A stretch of 64,000 bases of DNA, from the NCBI GenBank assembly GCA_028534125.1, contig CM052817.1, positions 74,774,001-74,838,000 of the forward strand, written 5' to 3'. The notes beneath the pieces are model-generated. The model worked only from the letters and a program-made list of their open reading frames with translations. It was not told where the DNA came from and did no database searches. The position numbers and the translations under genes are program-made. The DNA is from Lama glama. Taxonomy: Eukaryota. Shown piece after piece: positions 26,030 to 37,280 of the stretch (the first letter of the stretch is position 1; every line of letters begins with the position of its first letter).

Positions 26030-26590
26030 TCAGCTTAGACAAAGAATGTTGAGTGTGATGGAGACTTGGCATCAAGCTTTTGCCCTTTCCTGGGAATGTG
26101 AACTGGATGTAGTGACTACATGATGTTTGAATGATGTCTCTTGAGTGTGAGATAAATATGTTCCTGTGTGGGAGAAGGAGTAAGAGGCATTTGGTGACCA
26201 GAAGGGTTAACTATGGCAGTGACTGACTAGCTGGTCACCAAACTCTTTTTCTCTCTCTTGGGCACACAGCTAGATGGTATGCAGATATTGTGTGGCCATT
26301 GGACTGAGTTCTAGTCAATGGATAGTGTAGAAGTGATTCTGACACTTTCAGGTCTGGACCATAAACACATTCTTTATTCCCTTGCTCAACTCAGGATTTA
26401 GAGGAAGGCAGAGTCACAAGATGGAAGAAGCTGTCAAAGTCTATAAATCTTCAAATGAAGGACACCTCCTAAGAGAGCCATCTTAACAACACCACTCCCA
26501 TCGGGCTATTATGTTAGCAGCAGACACATTTTTCCTGTGGTCAGTGGCTGAAACCTGAAGGCTTCTTGTTGACAACAGTTAGCCTGTAGA
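26030..26590 (+). mobile_element. MLT1 (MaLR) internal tail plus LTR, old subfamily
   Basis: gtggccattggactgagttctagtcaatgg…agaagtga…gaaggcagagtcacaagatggaagaagc. Confidence 0.7.
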
Positions 26591-27312
26591 AGAAAGTATC
26601 AGAAGACAAGATCGATCATCATGTCTCATGGAGAGAAGGATCCAGGTCAGCTGTGAGAATCTCAGCAGACACTTCACTCAATTTATATCTAGGGCACTGT
26701 ATGCAATGGAGCTCCAACAAATTCCAGCCTCCATGTTACCTCGTTCTGAACTTCTGTTTGCTGGAAATAATCATCTGAATTGTCCACAGATGATTATCTG
26801 CTCAACCCTGAATCAGTCAGTTAGCTGTGGCCAGTGGAAAAGAGTTCAGCTTGGAGAAGACATAAGCCTCTTACATGCACTTCAAGCACCAACCACTAGG
26901 GCCTTGTCCTCTCCACCCCATTTAATGATTTTTTTCTATTATATTTCACTGATTGTTGTTATTATTTCAACAGTGCTGTTGTGTAAATCCTCTCAAAGCC
27001 TGTATGAAATTAGTAGAAAAAAATAAATGTATAAATAATAAATATATAATAAATAATAAAATGATAAATGATTCTATTTCTTTCCTCTTTTTAAATTAGC
27101 TGTGGTATTTATTTCTCCACAGGACTTTGGCATTATTTATACTCTACAAAGTCTTTAAAGGTTTCCAACAGTAGTTCACTGATCTCATTTACACATTTTC
27201 CTACATCCTGATATACAATTATCCTCCCACCGTGAGAACTTAATTCACTTACAGCAGCCTGGCTATTCTTGTGCAATCTCCTTGTTCATATTATGTTTTA
27301 TTTCCTTCTTAC

Positions 27313-27407
27313 CATGCTGAAAATCATTCTCCTTGAGAGGGACAATAGGAACATGATAACAGAGAAGATGTGCCTCATGTTGTCCATCAATAGTACATCA
27401 TAGGCTG
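27313..27407 (-). other. Candidate exon (95 nt) encoding a hydrophobic, signal-peptide-like stretch
   Basis: ttgttttcag|CAG (NAGNAG) ... ATG|gtaaga. Single open frame AYDVLLMDNMRHIFSVIMFLLSLSRRMIFSM. Confidence 0.4.
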
Positions 27408-28040
27408 CTGAAAACAAGCTTTCGTATTTCATCACCTTTTTTGATTTGAATTCAAACAGAAGAATAAACATTGTTAAGAGCAATTTTTTTTAAGCCTAAA
27501 CTCATTAGGGGCTTTAGATGCGAGGACATTGATCATATTGCTGTGTGACATCTCCTTATTTATCTTTAAGTACATTTTCCCCACCATTTTGTGTGGATTT
27601 TAAAGTGTGAGCTCGTGTGAACACACTGTATATACTTTTCCTGGCATTTTTTAGCTATCATCTTCTATCTTTCTTAATGGGATCATTTATGATTGAAAAA
27701 ATAAATATTATATTTCTGAGAACCCCTAAGCACTTTCTAGGACAAAATCTCATATTGTGAGATCAATACCCTTTCCTAAATATTTGGATTTCTGCCTTCA
27801 AGGATACATGACTCCATCTTCTCAGTTATTATAAACTAAAATGACAAAGTTTCTTTGTCCTTGTTTCTGTTCTGCAATGAGAGGAATAGTGCCACCTGAG
27901 AAAAGCTGGTCATCCTTCAGAAGAAGTCACTGATGATCACCTTTCAGGCTTTTGTTCCCGGATTTGCTGTCTTGGAAATACAATTGTTAATGTATGCACA
28001 GTCACCAGCCTAGCTGCAAAACTAGCCAAGAGCACAGCAA

Positions 28041-28067
28041 AATAAACAAAACAAAACAAAACAAAAC
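28041..28067. repeat. (AAAAC)n simple repeat
   Basis: About 5 units. Confidence 0.85.
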
Positions 28068-29991
28068 AGGATGACAGTTTATGAATTTACCCTAACAAAT
28101 CTGTATCAACCAGGACATGTGGATACTTGCATTAAATGATGAGCTTATTCTTTCTCTGTAGTCAAAAGTGCACCGAAAGTCAAACTGTAATCTAAAATCA
28201 TGAAATCAGATTAATTAAAATGAGTTGGATGGTTTTAATCATTAGGGCATCACTCTGTGAGAATGTGATGCTTCTATCTTAGTGAGAAGGAAATACCTAA
28301 ATATGAAATATTTTTCACACTGCTGTTCAGGAACTTTGAAAGACTTTCAATGTGTTTTGAGGATTTATTAGCTTTTTGATTGTATTTTACTTCTGCTCTA
28401 CATTTTTAGATTCATAAAAAATGAATTATGAAGACCAGGCTCTATTTCTTTTTAGGAATTATTCCCAGTTGAAAAGAATTTTTAATTCTCAATTAAATGT
28501 TCTGAAATTGATGTGAACAGCCTTGTATACGTTTGAGGACAGTATTTTCAGTGTGTTTTCTTCTATAAAAAGCTCCATAGCCTACTCAATTTTGAGAAAC
28601 TCTCCTATAGTTGAGTAGGACCGTTGGCCCGGGATAACACCAAAAACACTGCTGACATTTGAAAGTGTGGCTTTGCCCAATTCTTTCCTTCCGTTTCTAA
28701 TCATATACACCAGAGTTTTTATTAGACATCTTAGCTTATTGAATCCTGATTGCTAAGAGTCTTGTCGATAAGCTATTTACCTCCATATTAACAACTAAAT
28801 CTCTCTTATCTTTTGCTAGCCAATCAGGCATAAATTACCTGCAAAGGCTTTAATCCAAGTGCCAAGTTTCAGTGATTTGCTTAGAAAGACTTAAGCATGC
28901 AGAAACATAAAACATTCCTTGTTGGCCCACAGTCCCCAAGGCAAATTTGCCTATTTCTGCCTTAAACTTTTATGTATTAATAGCTTAACTCTCCAAAAAA
29001 AATCTTTTCTCTGTTTTCAAATTCTCTGTGGCTTCATCCTTTCTGATTCCTGCTAATTTCACTTCAACACAAATTCATCCTTACGGATCTGGAGTAGTGG
29101 TTTTCTTTCTCTCCAAGATGGATTTTTCAGCAGGGTGAGAATTTGTCAGGGATTATGCTTATTAGCCAAACCAAATGCCAGGGATTTCCTAGTATTTGGA
29201 AGTTGCCAATGGCTCCTAATCTTTGTGACAAGAGTGGATCAGATGGTCTAGAATACTTCCACAATAGTAGTATTTTCATTTCCCGTTCCATTTCTCTTTA
29301 GTGATAAATTTACTAGTCAACATGTACTGTCCCTGAGGATTCACAGATTTTCATGCAAGTGACTACTTTCTTGAGATACTGCTTTCCTCCCTAAACAAGT
29401 CTGCTTTCACAGAGGGAACACACTTTTACTGCTCTAATCCAGCATTTAGCGCCATTTCAACTAGTCTCCGTAAAGCTTCCGCGATCTTATTAAACACTCT
29501 AAAGGTATAGTTGCAACTTCAGCTGGTCTTTTAACACCACCCGACTACCATGTTTCTCTTGCCAGCTCCCTTTCCCATTCTCCATGATAACTTTATCAAA
29601 CATGCTCCAGTTTTTGTCAAAGCTCTCTTGTCTGCCCTAACTTCAAAGGAAATCAAAGACTTAATAGTTGAGTAATCCCAATTTGGGTTTGGGCTAGGGC
29701 AGAGAGGGATGGGTGTAAAAACCTACCCGTACCTGCACCCACGTTTACCTCTTCCTCTTCTCTCACAGGGCTTAGTAACTCGCTGCTAGGAGCGAGTGAA
29801 CTAGGTGCTGGCACCTGTTCTGCAGGGCTCCTTCATCTCCTCACTTTCACCATCACCTCCACACTAAATTTGTCTTTATCCTTGTCTTCTCACCCAGAAC
29901 ATCTATTTCCTTTTGGATATTAGATTCAAATATCCAAATCTGAATGTGGATTCAATCCTTGGTAAAATCTATCTGCTTAATCAAAATATGA

Positions 29992-30178
29992 ATTTTTTTT
30001 AATTGACTTATAGTTAGTTTACAGTGTTGTGTTTCCAGTGTACAGCATAGTGATTCAGTTACATATATGTTCTTTTTTAATTATAGATTATTACAAGATA
30101 CTGAATATGGTGCCTTGTGCTACACAGTAGGACCTTGTTGTTTATCTGTTTTACATATAGTAGTTAGTATCTGCAAAT
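29992..30178 (-). mobile_element. Short L1 3' end
   Basis: Poly-T then tatagttagtttacagtgttgtg…gtatctgcaaat; same family as 4052-4472. Confidence 0.85.
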
Positions 30179-32559
30179 GAATCTTTATGAGTTTCATCAT
30201 TATCTGCTTTCTGAACTAGTCTTCTTTGGTTCATCACACTTCTAGCCTATTTATCTAGACTAAGAGTCCTCAGACTATTCCATATCCATCCCATCATCTG
30301 AGTCAAAGGAGACACCGAAGCTGATGCCTGACTCCAGCTTCTCATCTCCCTAATCCATCCTGGATGTGCAGTAAGGCTAATTTCCTTTGACTGACACAGT
30401 CATCTTGTAGGATTCCTGCCTCTGAAGTCAGATCACTTCAACAAGCTGTGGCTACTACTTACTCTTCCGTGACTCATAGTGGGGCTGTTTTCTCATCTAT
30501 TAATTGAGGATTGATGACAATGTCTGGCCTGCCCACTGCAGATGATCACTTGGGAGAATACTTGAAAGAACTGCCAAGAGCCATACTTATAAATTATGAT
30601 TTTCACATAGCAAGTTTATAACCTTCTTCTTGCATTTTGAAACTCTATACATTTTTTTTTCCTGTTTATCTATTCCATATTTCTTTGCTGCTTCTCAAAA
30701 TGAGCCCTTTAGGAGAAGGTTTTCACTGACCTAAAAATATAAGAAAAATCTTCCCACCTTTTGTTTTGGTTTGGTGTGTCCCTTTGTCTGGATTATCATT
30801 CTTTTTTATATATAAACCTGTCAAGATATATTATCAGGTCCAGTTCCATCTTTATTTCTTCTACGAAGTTTATCCAATAGCTTCAGTCACCATACATCTC
30901 TTCCTTCTTTAAAGTTTTTGCTTATGGCCTGTTAAAATACTTTCTGTAACAGTTAATTACACTTTTGTTATCATTATTCTTTCACTTCAGCAACTAGCAC
31001 AGTGTGGTAGGTGCTCAGTAACAGTTTTGATTGACTGATGTGAATAGCAAACATTGTATATTATAGCAAAGGACAAATGCTTCTTTGAAAGTTTATTCCT
31101 AATATTATTTGCAAAAGGGCTGATGAAACAATTGCATTAACAAAACAAAAATTATTACTTTGTGGATTAGAAATTGCTAGATATAGATAAACAACCCAAT
31201 ATTATATTCAAGTGAACCACAAGAACAAATCAGCCTAAATAATATATTGTAAATCTGCAATGTGCTTATGTCACTTGACAATGAGCTCCAGCAACATAAA
31301 TTGATACCACGGGCAGGTTTCCTATTAATCATCCTTCAGCAGGGCATTGTGTTAAATGTTTAAATAACAGGATGACAGGAGTCTTGTTGGCAATTTAATT
31401 CCTGATTTCCAGGCTCTGGAAAACAGAGTCTCTCCTCTCCCTCCCTGGAGGACGGGAAGTCCATTAAAATGTCATTATTCTGCATGTTGTGTAACGATGT
31501 CATTGCTCTTGGTCTCTGTGCAGGTAAAGTTGCAGTCGATGCTTGGTGATGAAGTACCACCGATTGATCCTCATAGATTCACTCCTTTCTCCGTCTTACA
31601 AGGAAGATCCTGTTTTTAATCGCCTTGCTGTGTTCTTCCTGTGCCTTATTCATTATGCAAGGAGGTCAGCTAATTACATTAAATATGACTAATTAAAAAG
31701 AGAACCCCAAGGTAAAGTGCACAGAGGCCCTCTGGTAATTGCAGTGATATCTGTGAATAATAATGACAATTAATGAGACCTGTAATAGCTTTGCAAATAG
31801 TCATTTGCCCACTCGCAGGAGGCGAATAACAATTTGCGCTGAGTGAGGAGAGTCAACTTCTGTGATTCATTTGAGCATTCCTTCTTCTTCTCTCCCTTCT
31901 CAAGCCAGCTCTGTTTTTGGCAGTTCAGAAATTCCTGAAGAAAAGGGTAGACTTGAAACCACGCTCCAAGTGATAGCACAGTGTTCCGATGCAAGGAGCA
32001 TCTTCTCTGCATGGGCTACTTTATGGAAAATGATACAATTAGGCTGCACTGGAGTACCCTTGGGAATGACAAGAAGGATGGCTAGTTTGAAATGCAGAAG
32101 GAGTGGAGAAATTTGCTGAACGTAGGATCTTCTCATTTTATGACTAGAAGGGGCAATAAAAGCCATCCATTGAGAAAACTGGGGTTAAGTAAGGCAAAGA
32201 AATTTGTTCGAGGTCTTATAACTTGTTTGTGTCAGAGTTGTGCCAAGAAGAGCTTCACAGAGTGACCTCCGAGGGCTTTGACAGTCTTGTGAAGGAGCAC
32301 AGATGGGACTGGGTTGGGAGGACCTCACTATGATATTATAGCGCTATCTAGGAGTTTAACTAGAAATGGCAGGTTGCTAGAGAAGGAACAGAGAACTGTA
32401 CAGGTGAAACACATGGCCAGCAGGCTATGAAGGCTGACAGCACAGGAGACATGAAAACAACAGACCTGGGCGTTGCTCCCTAAATTCAGGCAGAAGCATC
32501 TAATCATCTTGCTCTGACTTAAAAGCAAGCAAGCAAATACACTTCACTCCTGGTTAATA

Positions 32560-32920
32560 CCGTGTTCGCTTGGAAAATTGGTATCCCTTTCTCCTCAGGG
32601 CATCCTGATTTCTTCCATGCCATTCTGCCTTCAGATCTTAGACGAAGTGCTTTTTGCTGAGACATTTCCCTCGATTTCTGACAAGGTCAGATTCATCCCT
32701 TCATGAGAGAATTTCACCACATAGTGAATCTTTTATTCTTTTTTTGTAGCAGCTATTGTGTCTTTGGTGTCCAGTTTATTTGATTAATAAGAATCTTCAT
32801 CCCTAGGTTTAAAGTCCTGTGAGACCAGAATGGTATCTGCTTTTCAATACTGTTGTATTATTCTTCCCTAGCTTGTGCCTGACACAGAGCAGCCAATTAG
32901 TTTTAATGAATGAATGAATA
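32560..32920 (+). mobile_element. L2 3' end
   Basis: cctagcttgtgcctgacacagagc…aatgaatgaatgaat tail. Confidence 0.7.
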
Positions 32921-33260
32921 AAAAAATGTACGAAAGGAAATGAAATTCAGCATCATCTTCTAGGGAAAAAAAACCACAGCATATTGCTTTGTGAGGACGG
33001 CTGGTCAGACTCCCTCAAGACAGAGCCTGCCTCTACCTTCCTCACCGCAGAATCTTTCCCACTTGGCTGTTACTTGACATGCAGCTTGTAAGATACACTG
33101 AGTGATTGAATGGGCACCTGTTTCTCATGTTAGGAGGTGAATGTGGCTTTTAACCACTATATTTAAAATTCCAAAATTATTCACAAGTTTACTGGCCAGT
33201 AGGAAATTGTTTAGTTTGCGGGAGACTTACATATGAAACGATTCAATTTGCTGCCAAATC

Positions 33261-33370
33261 GGGGAGGGTATAGCTCAGGGGTAGAATGCATACCTAGCAC
33301 GCAGGAGGTCCTGGGTTCAATAAATAAATAAATAAATAAATAAACCTAATTACCTCCCCCACCAAAAAAA
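33261..33370 (+). mobile_element. Camelid tRNA-derived SINE (vic-1 type) with TSD
   Basis: ggggagggtatagctcaggggtaga (A box) … gggttcaat (B box), (TAAA)n, cctaattacctccccc, A tail. TSD aatttgctgccaaatc / aacttgctgccaagac. Confidence 0.9.
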
Positions 33371-33559
33371 CTTGCTGCCAAGACTTTCCACGTTGGCCAG
33401 AATAGACGTTGAGCGCCAGTTTTCCAGAATTACGAGCTCTGGTAAAGTTCCCACGCTATCTTCAAGTTCTAGTTTACGTCTAAAGGGGAAGTTTGTGAGA
33501 GGCTTGGCCGTTTCATCTGGATTTCATTTACACCTTCTCATTTATTAAAACTTAAGGAA

Positions 33560-34790
33560 GACTTTAACAAATAGCACTGAGACAGCTGGATATCCATATG
33601 CAAAAAATGAAATTGGGTTACCTACCTTATACATATATAAAATTAACTCAAAGTGAATCACAGACTTGTGTCTAAATGCTGAAGGCGTAAGATTTCTTCG
33701 AAGAAAAGAGGAGTAAATCTGCATAGTTTCTTAGATATGACACCAAAAGCACAAGTGACCAAAAAAAAAAAGAGATAAATTGGACTTCATGAAAATTTAA
33801 ATTTTGTGCTTCCAAGGACATCATCAGAAAAGTGAAAAGACAACTCATATGGTGAGAGAAAATATTTGCAAGTCATATATCTGATAAGGGACCTGTACAG
33901 AGATACATTAGCTACTCTCAAAATTCACCAATAGAAAGGCAATTTGTCTAACTAAAAATGGATAACAGATTTGAATAGATGTTTTTCCAAAAGATGTAAA
34001 CAGTAGTCCAACAGCAAGTGAAAAGATAATGTCATTTGAGAAATGCAAGTCAAAAGTACAATGAAATGCTACTTCATGCTCATACATGCTTAAAAAAAAG
34101 AATAGCTAGTGTTGGTGAAGATGTGGAAGAATTGGACCCCACGTACACACTGGTAGAAATGTATAATGTTGCTGCCACTTAGGAAAACAGTTTGGCAGTT
34201 CTTCAAAATGTTAGACATAGAGTTATTGTAAGGCTAGTAATTCCACTCCTAGGTGTATACTCCAGGGACCTGAAAACATATGTCCACATAAAAATTCGTA
34301 CACAAGTGTTCATACAAATGTTAGTTATAATAGCCCAAATGCTCACCGACTGGATGGCATGGATAAACAAAATGTGGTATACCTGTGTAATTGAATAGTA
34401 TCCTGCCACAGAAAGAAATGAAGTACGGATACTTGCTACAATACAGATGACTCTTGAAAACATTATGCCAAGTGAAGGAATCTAGATGCAAAGGTCACAC
34501 ATTGAATAATTACTTTTATATCATCTAGAAAAGGGAAATCCTAGGAAAGAAAGTAGATTAGTGGTTTCCAGGGGCTGGGAAGAAGGGGAAATGGAGGCTA
34601 ACTGCTATTGGCACAGAATTTATTTTGAGGGTTATGGAATTATCCTAAAACTTGATAATGGTGATGGTTACACATTCCTGTGAATATAATAAAAACATTG
34701 AACTGTACACCTTCAAAAGGTGAATTTTATGGAATGTGAATGACCTCAATAAAGCTATTATTAAAAAATGAACAACAACAACAGAAAAAG
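33560..34790 (+). mobile_element. Older L1M (L1MB-like) ORF2 3' region and 3'UTR
   Basis: Degenerate ORF2 motifs (ctggatatccatatgcaaaaaaatgaa, atatctgataaggg, ggataaacaaaatgtggtata), L1M-type 3'UTR, aataaa and A-rich tail. Confidence 0.9.
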
Positions 34791-37111
34791 ACAACCTCAG
34801 GTGAAGCCAACAAGAACTCACACCTGTGTGCATTACTGATATTACATTCTAAGGTTAGCTGGAACTGATAGTGAGAGATGGTATGCTTCTATATGTGTTA
34901 TTTTTACAAGTCTAGAGTTTTTACTGAAAATACATTTGTAGATTATTTTTGCTCAATATATTTACATTTACTTCGGACAGAACAGTAATTATTAGATATG
35001 ACTATGAAATACAATCACATAGGATGCTATTATATAAACATTTTTTATCATGAATATTTCATATATGTATTTAAAAGAGTACCTGTTTAACAAAGATGTG
35101 TTTTGGGTTAAATATTTATCACTCTATGTCTAGCACAAGAATAAATAAATAAATGCTTTGATTCTCATCAAGTGCCTTTGTTTCTGCCTCTCTTAATATG
35201 ATCATATGTCTATTTTCCTTCAATCTGTTAACATGGTGAATTCCATCAATTGATTTTCTAACATAAAACCATCTTTACACTAAAATGAAAAGTTGACCCA
35301 GGACATGTAAACATGTTATATTTTCCTGCCTTCTTTCTTATACCGGTGGTGGATGTCTGAGACGCACTGGGGTGCACTAGAGTCTAACCTCCATGAAGTC
35401 AAGGGCCACATACTCCTTTACCACCAACAACCAGAGTGGGGCCTCTGGTGGTGCATTGAAAGTGTCATCTTTCAGAGTTTGTTTGAGCATCTTACAGGTA
35501 CATTGGGCCATCACAACTAAGGCCAATTGAGATTAATTTTTTCTTGGGATTCTGGAGTTATTGAAGTAGTGTCAGTTCTAGAAACAAATCCATATGGACT
35601 TGTGGTTAAGAATTATACAGGGAAAGACTGATAAGTATTTTCACATTTCCTTCTTTGGGTCGATTTTTTTTTTCCAGGCTCATTCGCAGAGGGCATCATC
35701 CTGCTTTTTCTTCTGGCTTATTTTAAATATTTAGGTTCTGTGGCTTTTTAACCCAGGCAAAGGTGCCAGGGCAAAAGCTGGCTTCATTACTAAACCACCC
35801 CTCCGGTGTCACAAGTACGGATTGTTTTAGACTTTAGAACAATTCCCTTTACTTTTGCATAAGTTCAACCATTCACTTGAACTTTTCTTGCTTGTTATAT
35901 TAGCCTCACCCATGATGATTTTAGATTCTTAACCCCCTTACCCTGGGTATTTTGATTAAGTATGTCTGAGAAAACCCATTAATACTACCTGTTATTACTG
36001 GACGTTTATACCTTTACTTTTCTTACGTTCAAAAAGACGTAGGGTAGAATTCTAGAACAGAGAAATATCAAGACCCATGTTCCCTAAATCTGCTGCCTAT
36101 GATACTACTTCCATAAGATGTTCTGATAACACAGGGTTTCATAATCAAATAAAGCTGGGATGTGGTGCACACCGTGGCTCCATTGTGAAGATTTAAGAGA
36201 ACACCTGCACAGTAGAAGTCCTGGAAAGTCATGCCAGAAATAACACTACTTTACGCTGCTTAACATTTTTCTTAAAGCTTATTAACATCTGAAGAAGATA
36301 GTATTCATTAGAATAAACTTTCCCATTTTCAAGTGAGGAAGCACAATCTCTTGGAGGCTTATTGATGGTGATGCAGTTAGTAATGGAGTTAGGAGTAGAA
36401 ATAAGGTCACAGTCTTAGTTCATTCCACTTGCTCCACACTGCACCCATCTCAGAGCAGTGAGCAGGGATACTAAAGAAATGGGCTACAAATGACAAAAAT
36501 GGTCATGCTTTGTAGTTAGTGAGAGGACTCAATAAGTTACCACATGTAAAAGGCTTTCTAAAGGGGATTTCTGGGGTCTTGCCAGTCAAGAAGGGAGGAC
36601 TGAAACATTACATTTTGGAATGATGGAACAGAAAAAGTGGGCATTCACCAAAGGGGATGGGAAAGATTCAAGGGCATAGTTCTCCTACTTCTTATTTAGG
36701 CCAGGTGACCTATCATTAATTACTAAGTAAGCAACTGTTTGAAAGGACGGAGAGGACCTTTACTTTAATGGATTCTCCAATATGGGATTAATTTCTGTAC
36801 ATTTAAATTCTGTACAACACAGAACCACTTTCTTTCTTTCATTCTTTTAAAATCTCTGCTTATAAGCATTAAGAGATTGATTATCTTAATCCTACACAGA
36901 CAGAAAATTTAAAGTAAAAAATAAAAGTAGCCTATTTCACAGTATCATAGAAATCTTTAAAATGTCACTCTACCATGACAAATACCTTGACTGTTTACCT
37001 TTATATCTTGCCGCTGTGGAAAAATACTATTTATATTTTCTATGTTATGTGAACATTCTCAGTTAGCAAAAATAAATCTATTATTTGCTCCTTTTCTGTG
37101 TCACAGGAATC

Positions 37112-37280
37112 TTTTTTTTTAAATGGAAGTATAGTTGATTTACAATGTTGTGTTAGTTTCAGGTGTACAGCAAAGTGATTCAGCTATACATAAATACATA
37201 TTTCTTTTCAAATTCTTTTCCATTATAGGTAATTACAAGATATTGAATATAGTTCCCTGTGCTACACAGTAGGTCCTTGT
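37112..37280 (-). mobile_element. Short L1 3' end
   Basis: Poly-T then ggaagtatagttgatttacaatgttgtgttagtttcaggtgtacagcaaagtgattcag. Confidence 0.88.

Noticed and set aside
33261..33321. tRNA gene
   Set aside because: A and B boxes are present but there is no 3' acceptor stem; the simple-repeat tail, A tail and TSD show it is a SINE.
35436..35455. CTCF-like motif (also ~1000-1020)
   Set aside because: Mismatches at core GGC positions or a poor 5' half.
19030..35735. Isolated plus-strand acceptor/donor pairs (e.g. ~20266, 27123, 29769, 35678)
   Set aside because: Short, weak donors and no consistent phase chain. They show the background rate of pseudo-exons and are a caution for the other exon calls.
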